Source of the DNA: Eledone cirrhosa
Taxonomy: Eukaryota
Length of the DNA: 64,000 bases
Direction: 5' to 3'
Assembly (NCBI GenBank): GCA_964016885.1
Contig: OZ024744.1
Coordinates: 122,326,001 to 122,390,000, forward strand
Shown: piece by piece, positions 27,001-43,700 of the stretch
How the letters are laid out: each line of letters opens with the position of its first letter
How positions within the stretch are numbered: position 1 is the stretch's first letter
The notes under the pieces: generated by a model
What the model saw: the letters and a program-made list of their open reading frames with translations, nothing else
What the model was told of the DNA's origin: nothing
Databases searched by the model: none
Translations under genes and position numbers: made by a program

Positions 27001-30000
27001 TCCCACAACCAATCCACTTGAAACAAGTCTTCACAATCATATTCCCAAAACCAATCTACTTGAGACAAGTCTTCACAATCACATTCAAACAACCAATCCA
27101 CTTGAAACAAGTCTTCACAATCACATTCCCACAACCAATCCACTTGAGACAAGTCTTCACAATCACATTCCCACAACCAATCTACTTGAAACAAGTCTTC
27201 ACAATCACATTCCCACAACCAATCAACCCACGTGAAAAAGTCATCACAATCACACAACCAATCTACTTGAAACAAGTCTTCACAACCAATCAATCCACTT
27301 GAATCAAGTCTTCACAATCACATCCCACAACCAACCCACTTGAGACAAGTCTTCACAATCACATTCCCACAACCAATCTACTTGAAACAAGTCTTCACAA
27401 TCACATTCCCACAACCAATCAACCCACTTGAAAAAGTCATCACAATCACATTCCCACAACCAATCTACTTGAAACAAGTCTTCACAATCACATTCCCACA
27501 ACCAATCAACCCACTTGAAACAAGTCTTCACAATCACATTCCCACAATCAATCCACTTGAAGCAAGTCTTCAGAATCACATTCCCACAACCAATCCACTT
27601 GAAACAAGTCTTCACAATCACATTCAAACAACCACTCCACTTGAAACAAGTCGTCACAATCACATTCCCACAACCAATCCACTTGAGACAAGTCTTCAAA
27701 TCACATTCCCACAACCAATCTACTTGAAACAAGTCTTCACAATCACATTCGCACAACCAATCCACTTGAGACAAGTCTTCACAATCACATTCCCACAACC
27801 AATCTACTTGAAACAAGTCTTCACAATCACATTCCCACAACCAATCAACCCACTTGAAACAAGTCTTCACAATCATATTCCCACAACCAATCCACTTGAA
27901 ACAAGTCTTCACAATCACATTCCCACAACCAACCAATCCACTTGAAACAAGTCTTCACAATCACATCCCACAACCAACCCACTTGAAACAAGTCTTCACA
28001 ATCACATTCCCACGACCAATCTACTTGAAACAAGTCTTCACAATCACATTCCCACAACCAATCCACTTGAAACAAGTCTTCACAACCACATTCCCACAAC
28101 GAATTCACATGAACCAAGTCTTCACAATCACATTCCAACAACCAATCCACTTGAAACAAGTCTTCACAATCACATTCCCACAACCAACCAATCCACTTGA
28201 AACAAGTCATCACAATCACATTCCCACAACCAATCCACTTGAAACAAGTCTTCACAATCACATTCCCACAACCAATCTACTTGAGACAAGTCTTCACAAT
28301 CACATTCAAACAACCAATCCACTTGAAACTAGTCTTCACAATCACGTTCCCACAACCAATCCACTTGAGACAAGTCTTCAAATCACACTCCCAAAACCAA
28401 TCTACTTGAAACAAGTCTTCACAATCACATTCCCACAACCAATCCACTTGAGACAAGCCTTCAAATCACATTCCCACAACCAATCTACTTGAGACAAGTC
28501 TTCACAATCACATTCCCACAACCAACGAATCCACTTGAAACAAGTCTTCACTATCACATTCCCAGAACGAATCAACTTGAGACAAGTCTTTACAATCACA
28601 TTCCCACAACCAATCCACTTGAAGCAAGTCTTCACAATCACATTCCCACAACCAATCCACTGAGACAAGTCTTCACAATCACATTCCCACAACCAATCTA
28701 CTTGAAACAAGTCTTCACAATCACATTCCCACAACCAATCAACCCACTTGAAAAAGTCATCACAATCACATTCCCACAACCAATCTACTTGAAACAAGTC
28801 TTCACAATCACATTCCCACAACCAATCTAGTTGAAACAAGTCTTCACAATCACATTCCAACAACCAATCAATCCACTTGAGCCAAGTCTTCACAATCACA
28901 TCCCACAACTAACCCACTTGAAACAAGTCTTCACAATCACATTCCCACAACCAATTCACTTGAAACAAGTCTTCACAATCACATTCCCACAACCAACCCA
29001 CATGAAACAAGTCTTCACGATCACATTCGCACAATAAATCCAATTGAAACAAGTCTTCACAATCACATTCCCACAACCAATGTACTTGAGACAAGTCTTC
29101 ACAATCACATTCCCACAACCAACCCACTTGAAACAAGTCTTCACAATCACATTCCCACAATCAATCCACTTGAAACAAGTCTTCACAATCACATTCCCCC
29201 AACCAATCCACTTGAAACAGTCTTCACAATTACATTCCCACAACGAATCCACATGAACCAAGTCTTTGCAGTCACATTCCCAAAACCAATCTACTTGAGA
29301 CAAGTCTTCACAATCACATTCAAACAACCAATCCACTTGAGATAAGTCTTCACAATCACATTCCCACAACAAACGAATCCACTTGAAACAAGTCTTCACA
29401 ATCACATTCCCAGAACGAATCAACTTGAGACAAGTCTTTACAATCACATTCCCACAACCAATCCACTTGAGACAAGTCTTCAAATCACATTCCCACAACC
29501 AATCTACTTGAAACAAGTCTTCACAATCACATTACCACAACCAATCAACCCACTTGAACCAAGTCTTCACAATCACATCCCACTTGAAACAAGTCTTCAC
29601 AATCACATTCCCACAACCAACCCACTTGAAACAAGTCTTCTCAATCACATTCCCACAACCAACCAACATGAAACAAGTCTTCACAATCAACCCACTTGAA
29701 ACAAGTCTTCACAATCACATTCCCACAACGAACCAATCCACTTGAAACAAGTCTTCACAATCATATTGCCACAACCAATCCACTTGAAACAAGTCTTCAC
29801 AATCACATTCCCACAACCAATCAATCCACTTGTATCAAGTCTTCACAATCACATCCCACAACCAACCCACTTGAGACAAGTCTTCACAATCACATTCCCA
29901 CAACCAATCTACTTGAAACAAGTCTTCACAATCACATTCCCACAACCAATCAACCCACTTGAAAAAGTCATCACAATCACATTCCCACAACCAATCTACT

Positions 30001-31790
30001 TGAAACAAGTCTTCACAATCACATTCCAACAACCAATCAATCCACTTGAACCAAGTCTTCACAATTACATCCCACAACTAACCCACTTGAAACAAGTCTT
30101 CACAATCACATTCCCACAACCAATTCACTTGAAACAAGTCTTCACAATCACAATCCCACAACCAACCCACATGAAACAAGTCTTCACGATCACATTCGCA
30201 CAATAAATCCACTTGAAACAAGTCTTCACAATCACATTCCCACAACCAATCTACTTGAGACAAGTCTTCACAATCACATTCCCACAACCAACCCACTTGA
30301 AACAAGTCTTCACAATCACATTCCCACAATCAATCCACTTGAAACAAGTCTTCACAATCACATTCCCCCAACCAACCCACTTGAAACAAGTCTTCACAAT
30401 CACATTCCCACATCCAATCCACTTGAGACAAGCCTTCACAATCACATTCCCACAATCAATCTACTTGAGACAAGTCTTCACGATCACATTCCCACAACCA
30501 ACGAATCCACTTGAAACAAGTCTTCACAATCACATTCCCACAACCAATCAACCCACTTGAAACAAGTCTTCACAATCACATTCCCACAACCAATCAATCC
30601 ACTTGAACCAAGTCTTCACAATCACATCCCACATCCAACCCACTTGAGACAAGTCTTCACAATCACATTCCCACAATCAATCCACTTGAAACAAGTCTTC
30701 ACAATCACATTCCCCCAACCAATCCACTTGAAACAGTCTTCACAATCACATTCCCACAACGAATCCACATGAACCAAGTCTTTGCAATCACATTCCAACA
30801 ACCAATCCACTTGAAACAGGTCTTCACAATCATATTCCCACAACCAATCCACTTGAAACAAGTCTTCACAATCACATTCCCACAACCAACCCACTTGAAA
30901 CAAGTCTTCACAATCACATTCCCACAACCAATCCACTTGAAACAAGTCTTCACAATCATATTCCCAAAACCAATCTACTTGAGACAAGTCTTCACAATCA
31001 CATTCAAACAACCAATCCACTTGAAACAAGTCTTCACAATCACATTCCCACAACCAATCCACTTGAGACAAGTCTTCACAATCACATTCCCACAACCAAT
31101 CTACTTGAAACAAGTCTTCACAATCACATTCCCACAACCAATCAACCCACGTGAAAAAGTCATCACAATCACACAACCAATCTACTTGAAACAAGTCTTC
31201 ACAATCACATTCCCACAACCAATCAATCCACTTGAATCAAGTCTTCACAATCACATCCCACAACCAACCCACTTGAGACAAGTCTTCACAATCACATTCC
31301 CACAACCAATCTACTTGAAACAAGTCTTCACAATCACATTCCCACAACCCACTTGAAAAAGTCATCACAATCACATTCCCACAACCAATCTACTTGAAAC
31401 AAGTCTTCACAATCACATTCCCACAACCAATCAACCCACTTGAAACAAGTCTTCACAATCACATTCCCACAATCAATCCACTTGAAGCAAGTCTTCAGAA
31501 TCACATTCCCACAACCAATCCACTTGAAACAAGTCTTCACAATCACATTCAAACAACCACTCCACTTGAAACAAGTCGTCACAATCACATTCCCACAACC
31601 AATCCACTTGAGACAAGTCTTCAAATCACATTCCCACAACCAATCTACTTGAAACAAGTCTTCACAATCACATTCCCACAACCAATCAACCCACTTGAAA
31701 CAAGTCTTCACAATCATATTCCCACAACCAATCCACTTGAAACAAGTCTTCACAATCACATTCCCACAACCAACCAATCCACTTGAAACA
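24010..31790 (+). repeat. Higher-order tandem duplication, ~3.9-kb unit x2
   Basis: Rare variant cacgacc at 24073/28011 (offset 3938). ORF pairs 24259/28197, 25106/29044, 25862/29742, 26888/30769. Confidence 0.9.
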
Positions 31791-34700
31791 AGTCTTCACA
31801 ATCACATTCCCACAACCAATCCACTTGAAACAAGTCTTCACAATCATATTCCCAAAACCAATCTACTTGAGACAAGTCTTCACAATCACATTCAAACAAC
31901 CAATCCACTTGAAACAAGTCTTCACAATCACATTCCCACAACCAACCAATCCACTTGAAACAAGTCTTCACAATCACATTTCCACAACCAATCCACTTGA
32001 AACAAGTCTTCACAATCACATTCCCACAACCAATTCACCTGAAACAAGTCTTCACAAACACACTGCCACAACCAATCTACTTGAAACAAGTCTTCACAAT
32101 CACATTCCCACAACCAATCCACTTGAGACAAGTCTTCACAATCACGTTCCCAGAACCAATCAACTGGAGACAAGTCTTCACAATCACATCCCACATACAA
32201 CCCACTTGAGACAAGTCTTCACAATCACATTCCAACAACCAATCAATCCACTTGAACCAACCCACTTGAAACAAGTCTTCACAATCACATTCGCACAATC
32301 AATCCACTTGAAACAAGTCTTCACAATTACATTCCCATAACCAATCTACTTGAAACAAGTCTTCACAATCGCATTCCCAAACCAATCCACATGAAGCAAG
32401 TCTTCACAATCACATTCCCAGAACGAATCAACTTGAGACAAGTCTTTACAATCACATTCCCACAAACAATCCACTTGAAGCAAGTCTTCACAATCACATT
32501 CACACAACCAATCCACTTGAGACAAGTCTTCACAATCACATTCCCACAACCAATCAACCCACTTGAAACAAGTCTTCACAATCACATTCCCACAACCAAT
32601 CAATCCACTTGAACCAAGTCTTCACAATCACATCCCACCCACTTGAGACAAGTCTTCACAATCACATTCCCACAACCAATCTACTTGAAACAAGTTTTCA
32701 CGATCACATTCCAACAACCAATCAATCCACTTGAACCAAGTCTTCACAATCACATCACACAACCAACCCACTTGAAACAAGTCTTCACAATCACATTCCC
32801 ACAACCAACTCACTTTAAACAAGTCTTCACAATCACATTCCCACAACCAACCCACATGAAACAAGTCTTCACGATCACATTCGCACAATCAATCCACTTG
32901 AAACAAGTCTTCACAATCACATTCCCACAACCAATCCACTTGAGACAAGCCTTCACAATCACATTCCCACAACCAATCTACTTGAGACAAGTCTTCACGA
33001 TCACATTCCCACAACCAACGAATCCACTTGAAACAAGTCTTCACAATCACATTCCCACAACCAATCAACCCACTTGAAACAAGTCTTCACAATCACATTC
33101 CCACAACCAATCAATCCACTTGAACCAAGTCTTCACAATCACATCCAACCCACTTGAGACAAGTCTTCACAATCACATTCCCACAACCAATCCACTTGAA
33201 ACAAGTCTTCACAATCGCATTCCCAAACCAATCAATCCAGTTGAACCAAGTCTTCACAATCACATTCCCACAATCAATCCACTTGTACAAGTCTTCACAA
33301 TCACATTCCCACAACCAACCAATCCACTTGAAACAAGTCTTCACAATCACATTCCCACAACCAATCCACTTGAGACAAGTCTTCACAATCACATTCAAAC
33401 AACCAATCCACATGAAACAAGTCTTCACAATCACATTCCCACAACCAATCCACTTGAAACAAGTCTTCACAATCTCATTCCAACTAACCAACCAATCAAC
33501 TTGAAACAAGTCTTCACAATCACATTCCCACAACCAATCCACTTGAAACAAGTCTTCACAATCACATTCCCACAACCAATCTAGTTGAAACAAGTCTTCA
33601 CAATCACATTCCAACAACCAATCAATACACTTGAGCCAAGTCTTCACAATCACATCCCACAACTAACCCACTTGAAACAAGTCTTCACAATCACATTCCC
33701 ACAACCAATTCACTTGAAACAAGTCTTCACAATCACATTCCCATAACCAACCCACATGAAACAAGTCTTCACGATCACATTCGCACAATAAATCCAATTG
33801 AAACAAGTCTTCAGAATCACATTCCCACAACCAATGTACTTGAGACAAGTCTTCACAATCACATTCCCACAACCAACCCACTTGAAACAAGTCTTCACAA
33901 TCACATTCCCACAATCAATCCACTTGAAACAAGTCTTCACAATCACATTCCCCCAACCAATCCACTTGAAACAGTCTTCACAATTACATTCCCACAACGA
34001 ATCCACATGAACCAAGTCTTTGCAATCACATTCCAACAACCAATCCACTTGAAACAGGTCTTCACAATCATATTCCCACAACCAATCCACTTGAAACAAG
34101 TCTTCACAATCACATTCCCACAACCAACCAATCCACTTGAAACAAGTCTTCACAATCACATTGCCACAACCAATCCACTTGAAATAAGTCTTCACAATCA
34201 CATTCCCAAAACCAATCTACTTGAGACAAGTCTTCACAATCACATTCAAACAACCAATCCACTTGAGATAAGTCTTCACGATCACATTCCCACAACAAAC
34301 GAATCCACTTGAAACAAGTCTTCACAATCACATTCCCAGAACGAATCAACTTGAGACAAGTCTTTACAATCACATTCCCACAACCAATACACTTGAGACA
34401 AGTCTTCACAATCACATTCCCACAACCAATCTACTTGAAACAAGTCTTCACAATCACATTCCCACAACCAATCAACCCACTTGAACCAAGTCTTCACAAT
34501 CACATCCCACAACCAACCCACTTGAGACAAGTCTTCACGATCACATTCCCACAACCAATCAACCCACTTGAAACAAGTCTTCAATCACATTCCCACAACC
34601 AATCTACTTGAAACAAGTCTTCACAATCACATTCCCACAACCAACCAACATGAAACAAGTCTTCACAATCAACCCACTTGAAACAAGTCTTCACAATCAC

Positions 34701-37700
34701 ATTCCCACAACGAACCAATTCACTTGAAACAAGTCTTCACAATCATATTGCCACAACCAATCCACTTGAAACAAGTCTTCACAATCACATTCCCACAACC
34801 AACCAATCTACTTGAGACAAGCCTTCACAATCACATTCCCACAACCAATCTACTCGAAACAAGTCTTCACAATCAATTCTCTTGTAACAAGTCGTCACAA
34901 TCACATTCCCACAATCAATCCACTTGAAACAAGTCTTCACAATCACATTCCCACAACCAATCTACTTGAGACAAGTCTTCACAATCACATTCCCACAACC
35001 AATCAACCCACTTGAAACCAGTCTTCACGATCACATTCCCAGAACGAATCAACTTGAGACAAGTCTTTACAATCACATTCCCACAACCAACCCACTTGAA
35101 GCAAGTCTTCACAATCACATTCCCACAACCAATGCACTTGAGACAAGTCTTCACAATCACATTCTCACAACCAATCTATTTGAAACAAGTCTTCACAATC
35201 ACATTCCCACAACCAATCAATCCACTTGAACCAAGTCTTCACAATCACATCCCACAACCAACCCACTTGAGACAAGTCTTCACAATCACATTCCCACAAC
35301 CAATCAACCCACTTGAAACAAGTCTTCTCAATCACATTCCCACAACCAACCCACATGAAACAAGTCTTCACAATCAACACACTTGAAACAAGTCTTCACA
35401 ATCACATTCCCACAATCAATCCACTTGAAGCAAGTCTTCAGAATCACATTCCCACAACCAATCCACTTGAAACAAGTCTTCACAATCACATTCAAACAAC
35501 CATTCCACTTGAAACAATTCTTCACAATCACATTCCCACAACCAATCAATCCACTTGAATCAAGTCTTCACAATCACATTCCCACAACCAATCCACTTGA
35601 GACAAGTCTTCACAATCACATTCCCACAACCAATCTACTTCAAAACAAGTCTTCACAATCACATTCCCACAACCAATCAACCCACTTGAAACAAGTCTTC
35701 ACAATCACATTCCCACAACCAATCTATTTGAAACAAGTCTTCACGATCACATTCCCACAACCAATCAATCCACTTGAACCAAGTCTTCACAATCACATCC
35801 CACAACCAACCCACTTGAAACAAGTCTTCTGAATCACATTCCCACAACCAACCCACATGAAACAAGTCTTCACAATCAACCCACTTGAAACAAATCTTCA
35901 CAATCACATTCCCACAATCAATCCACTTGAAACAAGTCTTCAGAATCACATTCTCACAACCAGTCCACTTGAAACAAGTCTTCACAATCACATTCCCACA
36001 AACAATCTACTTGAGACATGTCTTCACAATCACATTCCCACAACCAATCTACTTGACACAAATCTTCACAATCACATCCCAAACAAACCCACATGAGACA
36101 AGTCTTCACAATCACATTCCCACAACCAATCCGCTTGAAACAAGTCTTCACAATCACATTCCCACAAGCAACCAATCCACTTGAAACAAGTCTTCACAAT
36201 CACATTCCCACAACCAATCCACTTGAGACAAGTCTTCACAATCACATTCCCACAACGAAAGAAGTCTTCACAATCACATTCCCACAACCAATCCACCTGA
36301 AACAAGTTTTCACAAACACATTCCCACAACCAATCTACTTGAAACAAGTCTTCACAATCACATTCTCACAACCAATCCACTTGAAACAAGTCTTCACAAT
36401 CACGTTCTCAGAACCAATCAACTTGAGACAAGTCTTCACAATCACATCCCACAACCAACCCACTTGAGACAAGTCTTCACAATCATATTCCCACAACCAA
36501 TCTACTTGAAACAAGCCTTCACAATCACATTCCCACAACAAATCAACCCACTTGAAACAAGTCTTCACAATCACATTCCCACAACCAATCCACTTGAGAC
36601 AAGTCTTTACAATCACATTCCTACAACCAATCCACTTGAGACAAGTCTTCACAATAACATTCCCACAACCAATCCACTTGAAACAAGTCTTCACAATCAC
36701 ATTCCCAAAACCAACCAATCCACTTGAAACAAGTCTTCACAATCAGATTTCCACAACGAACCAATCCACTTGAAACAAGTCTTCACAATCACATTCCAAC
36801 AACCAATCCACTTGAACCAAGTCTTCACAATCACATTCCCACAACCAATCCACTTGAAACAAGTCTTCACAATCACATTCCCACAATCAATCTACTTGGG
36901 GCAAGAATTCACAATCACATTCCCACAACCAATCTACTTGAGACAAGTCTTCACAATCACATTCCCACAACCTACCTACTTGAAACAGGTCTTCACAATC
37001 ACATTCCCACAACCAATCCACTTGAAACAAGTCTTTACAATCAAATTCCCAAAACCAACCAATCCACTTGAAACAAGTCTTCACAATCACATTCACACAA
37101 CGAATCCACATGAATCAAGTCTTCACAATCACATTCCCACAACCAATCCACTTGAAACAATTCTTCACAATCACATTCCCACAACCAATCCACTTGAAAC
37201 AAATCTTCTCAATCACATTGCCACAACCAACCAACATGAAACAAGTCTTCACAATCAACCCACTTGAAACAAGTCTTCACAATCACATTCCCACAACGAA
37301 CCAATCCACTTGAAACAAGTCTTCACAATTACATTCCTACAACCAACCAACCCACTTGAAACAAGTCTTCTCAATCACATTCCCACAACCAACCAACCTG
37401 AAACAAGTCTTCACAATCAACCCACTTGAAACAAGTCTTCACAACCATATTCAAACAACCAATACACTTGAACCAAGTCTTCACAATCACATTCCCACAA
37501 CGAATTCACATGAACCAAGTCTTCAAAATCACATTCCAACAACCAACCCACTTGAAACAAGTCTTTACAATCACATTCCGACAACCAATCCACTTGAAAC
37601 ATGTCGTCACAATCACATTCCAACAACCAATCCACTTGAAACAAGTCTTCACAATCACATTCCCACAACCAACCCACTTGAGACAAGTCTTCACAATCAC

Positions 37701-40700
37701 ATTCCCACAACGAATCAACCCACTTGAAACAAGTCTTCACAATCACATTCCCACAATCAATCCACTTGAAGCAAGTCTTCAGAATCACATTCCCACAACC
37801 AATCCACTTGAAACAAGTCTTCACAATCACATTCAAACAACCATTCCACTTGAAACAAGTCTTCACAATCACATTCCCACAACCAATCCACTTGAGACAA
37901 GTCTTCACAATCACATTCCCACAACGAAAGAAGTCTTCACAATCACATTCCCACAACCAATCCACCTGAAACAAGTTTTCACAAACACATTCCCACAACC
38001 AATCTACTTGAAACAAGTCTTCACAATCACATTCTCACAACCAATCCACTTGAAACAAGTCTTCACAATCACGTTCTCAGAACCAATCAACTTGAGACAA
38101 GTCTTCACAATCACATCCCACAACCAACCCACTTGAGACAAGTCTTCACAATCACATTCCCACAAACAATCTACTTGAAACAAGCCTTCACAATCACATT
38201 CCCACAACAAATCAACCCACTTGAAACAAGTCTTCACAATCACATTCCCACAACCAATCCACTTGAGACAAGTCTTTACAATCACATTCCTACAACCAAT
38301 CCACTTGAGACAAGTCTTCACAATAACATTCCCACAACCAATCCACTTGAAACAAGTCTTCACAATCACATTCCCAAAACCAACCAATCCACTTGAAACA
38401 AGTCTTCACAATCAGATTTCCACAACGAACCAATCCACTTGAAACAAGTCTTCACAATCACATTCCAACAACCAATCCACTTGAACCAAGTCTTCACAAT
38501 CACATTCCCACAACCAATCCACTTGAAACAAGTCTTCACAATCACATTCCCACAATCAATCTACTTGGGGCAAGAATTCACAATCACATTCCCACAACCA
38601 ATCTACTTGAGACAAGTCTTCACAATCACATTCCCACAACCTACCTACTTGAAACAGGTCTTCACAATCACATTCCCACAACCAATCCACTTGAAACAAG
38701 TCTTTACAATCACATTCCCAAAACCAACCAATCCACTTGAAACAAGTCTTCACAATCACATAACGAATCCACATGAACCAAGTCTTCACAATCACATTCC
38801 CACAACCAATCCACTTGAAACAATTCTTCACAATCACATTCCCACAACCAATCCACTTGAAACAAGTCTTCAAAATCACATTCCCACAACCAACCAATCC
38901 ACTTGAAACAAGTCTTCACAATCACATCCCCACAACCAATCCACTTGAGACAAGTCTTCACAATCACATTCAAACAACCAATCCACTTGAAACAAGTCTT
39001 CACAATCACATTCCCAAACCAATCCACTTGAGACAAGTCTTCACAATCAAATTCCCACAACCAATCCACTTGAAACAAGTCTTCACAATCGCATTCCCAC
39101 AACCAACCAATCCACTTGAAACAAGTCTTCACAATCACATTCCCACAACCAATCCACTTGAGACAAGTCTTCACAATCACATTCCCACAACCAATCCACT
39201 TGAGACAAGTCTTCACAATCAAATTCCCACAACCAATCTACTTGAAACAAGTCTTCACAATCACAATACCACAACCAATCCACTTGAAACAAGTCTTCAC
39301 AATCACATTCCCACAACCAAGCTACTTGAAACAAGTCTTCACAATCACATTCCCACAACCAATCAACCCACTTGAAAAAGTCACCACAATCACATTCCCA
39401 CAACCAATCTACTTGAAACAAGTCTTCACAATCACATTCCAACAAACAATCAATCCACTTGAACCAAGTCTTCACAATCACATCCCACAACTAACCCACT
39501 TGAAACAAGTCTTCACAATCACATTCCCACAACAAATTCACTTGAAACAAGTCTTCACAATCACATTCCCACAACCAACCCACATGAAACAAGTCTTCAC
39601 GATCACATTCGCACAATAAATCCACTTGAAACAAGTCTTCACAATCACATTCCCACAACCAATCTACTTGAGACAAGTCTTCACAATCACATTCCCACAA
39701 CCAACCCACTTGAAACAAGTCTTCACAATCACATTCCCACAATCAATCCACTTGAAACAAGTCTTCACAATCACATTCCCACAACCAATCCACTTGAAAC
39801 AGTCTTCACAATCACATTCCCACAACGAATCCACATGAACCAAGTCTTTGCAATCACATTCCAACAACCAATCCACTTGAAACAGGTCTTCACAATCATA
39901 TTCCCACAACCAATCCACTTGAAACAAGTCTTCACAATCACATTCCCACAACCAACCAATCCACTTGAAACAAGTCTTCACAATCACATTCCCACAACCA
40001 ATCCACTTGAAACAAGTCTTCACAATCACATTCCCAAAACCAATCTACTTGAGAAAAGTCTTCACAATCACATTCAAACAACCAATCCACTTGAAACAAG
40101 TCTTCACAATCACATTCCCACAACCAATCCACTTGAGACAAGTCTTCACAATCACATTCCCACAACCAATCTACTTGAAACAAGTCTTCACAATCACATT
40201 CCCACAACCAATCAACCCACTTGAAACAAGTCTTCACAATCACATTCCCACAACCAATCTATTTGAAACAAGTCTTCACAATCACATTCCCACAACCAAT
40301 CAATCCACTTGAACCAAGTCTTCACAATCACATCCCACAACCAACCCACTTGAGACAAGTCTTCACGATCAGATTCCCACAACCAATCAACCCACTTGAA
40401 ACAAGTCTTCACAATCACATTCCCACAACCAACCCACTTGAAACAAATCTTCTCAATCACATTCCCACAACCAACCAACATGAAACAAGTCTTCACAATC
40501 AACCCACTTGAAACAAGTCTTCACAATCACATTCCCACAACGAACCAATCCACTTGAAACAAGTCTTCACAATTACATTCCTACAACCAACCAACCCACT
40601 TGAAACAAGTCTTCTCAATCACATTCCCACAACCAACCAACCTGAAACAAGTCTTCACAATCAACCCACTTGAAACAAGTCTTCACAACCATATTCAAAC

Positions 40701-43700
40701 AACCAATACACTTGAACCAAGTCTTCACAATCACATTCCCACAACGAATTCACATGAACCAAGTCTTCAAAATCACATTCCAACAACCAACCCACTTGAA
40801 ACAAGTCTTCACAATCACATTCCGACAACCAATCCACTTGAAACATGTCGTCACAATCACATTCCCACAACCAATCCACTTGAAAAAAGTCTTCACAATC
40901 ACATTCCCAGAACGAATCAACTTGAGACAAGTCTTTACAATCACATTCCCACAACCAATCCACTTGAAGCAAGTCTTCACAATCACATTCCCACAACCAA
41001 TCCACTTGAAACAAGTCTTTACAACCACATTCCCACAACGAATTCACATGAACCAAGTCTTCACAATCACATTATCACAACCAACCCACCTGAGACAAGT
41101 CTTCACAATCACATTCCCACAACGAATCAACCCACTTGAAACAAGTCTTCTCAATCACATTCCCACAACCAACCCACATGAAACAAGTCTTCACAATCAA
41201 CACACTTGAAACAAGTCTTCACGATCACATTCCCACAATCAATCCACTTGAAGCAAGTCTTCAGAATCACATTCCCACAACCAATCCACTTGAAACAAGT
41301 CTTCACAATCACATTCAAACAACCATTCCACTTGAAACAAGTCGTCACAATCACATTCCCACAACCAATCCACTTGAGACAAGTCTTCAAATCACATTCC
41401 CACAACCAATCTACTTGAAACAAGTCTTCACAATCACATTCCCACAACCAATCCACTTGAGACAAGTCTTCACAATCACATTCCCACAACCAATCTACTT
41501 GAAACAAGTCTTCACAATCACAACCAATCTATTTGAAACAAGTCTTCACGATCACATTCCCACAATCAATCAATCCACTTGAACCAAGTCTTCACAATCA
41601 CATCCCACAACCAACCCACTTGAAACAAGTCTTCTCAATCACATTCCCACAACCAACCCACATGAAACAAGTCTTCACAATCAACCCACTTGAAACAAGT
41701 CTTCACAATCACATTCCCACAATCAATCCACTTGAAACAAGTCTTCAGAATCACATTCCCACAACCAGTCCACTTGAAACAAGTCTTCACAATCACATTC
41801 CCACAAACAATCTACTTGAGACATGTCTTCACAATCACATTCCCACAACCAATCTACTTGACACAAGTCTTCACAATCACATCCCAAACCAACCCACTTG
41901 AGACAAGTCTTCACAATCACATTCCCACAACGAACCAATCCACTTGAAACAAGTCTTCACAATCATATTGCCACAACCAATCCACTTGAAACAAGTCTTC
42001 ACAATCACATTCCCACAACGAACCAATCCACTTGAAACAAGTCTTCACAATCAACCCACTTGAAACAAGTCTTCACAATCACATTCCCACAACGAACCAA
42101 TCCACTTGAAACAAGTCTTCACAATCATATTGCCACAACCAATCCACTTGAAACAAGTCTTCACAATCACATTCCCACAACCAATCAATCCACTTGTATC
42201 AAGTCTTCACAATCACATCCCACAACCAACCCACTTGAGACAAGTCTTCACAATCACATTCCCACAACCAATCTACTTGAAACAAGTCTTCACAATCACA
42301 TTCCCACAACCAATCAACCCACTTGAAAAAGTCATCACAATCACATTCCCACAACCAATCTACTTGAAACAAGTCTTCACAATCACATTCCAACAACCAA
42401 TCAATCCACTTGAACCAAGTCTTCACAATTACATCCCACAACTAACCCACTTGAAACAAGTCTTCACAATCACATTCCCACAACCAATTCACTTGAAACA
42501 AGTCTTCACAATCACAATCCCACAACCAACCCACATGAAACAAGTCTTCACGATCACATTCGCACAATAAATCCACTTGAAACAAGTCTTCACAATCACA
42601 TTCCCACAACCAATCTACTTGAGACAAGTCTTCACAATCACATTCCCACAACCAACCCACTTGAAACAAGTCTTCACAATCACATTCCCACAATCAATCC
42701 ACTTGAAACAAGTCTTCACAATCACATTCCCCCAACCAACCCACTTGAAACAAGTCTTCACAATCACATTCCCACATCCAATCCACTTGAGACAAGCCTT
42801 CACAATCACATTCCCACAATCAATCTACTTGAGACAAGTCTTCACGATCACATTCCCACAACCAACGAATCCACTTGAAACAAGTCTTCACAATCACATT
42901 CCCACAACCAATCAACCCACTTGAAACAAGTCTTCACAATCACATTCCCACAACCAATCAATCCACTTGAACCAAGTCTTCACAATCACATCCCACATCC
43001 AACCCACTTGAGACAAGTCTTCACAATCACATTCCCACAATCAATCCACTTGAAACAAGTCTTCACAATCACATTCCCCCAACCAATCCACTTGAAACAG
43101 TCTTCACAATCACATTCCCACAACGAATCCACATGAACCAAGTCTTTGCAATCACATTCCAACAACCAATCCACTTGAAACAGGTCTTCACAATCATATT
43201 CCCACAACCAATCCACTTGAAACAAGTCTTCACAATCACATTCCCACAACCAACCCACTTGAAACAAGTCTTCACAATCACATTCCCACAACCAATCCAC
43301 TTGAAACAAGTCTTCACAATCATATTCCCAAAACCAATCTACTTGAGACAAGTCTTCACAATCACATTCAAACAACCAATCCACTTGAAACAAGTCTTCA
43401 CAATCACATTCCCACAACCAATCCACTTGAGACAAGTCTTCACAATCACATTCCCACAACCAATCTACTTGAAACAAGTCTTCACAATCACATTCCCACA
43501 ACCAATCAACCCACGTGAAAAAGTCATCACAATCACACAACCAATCTACTTGAAACAAGTCTTCACAATCACATTCCCACAACCAATCAATCCACTTGAA
43601 TCAAGTCTTCACAATCACATCCCACAACCAACCCACTTGAGACAAGTCTTCACAATCACATTCCCACAACCAATCTACTTGAAACAAGTCTTCACAATCA

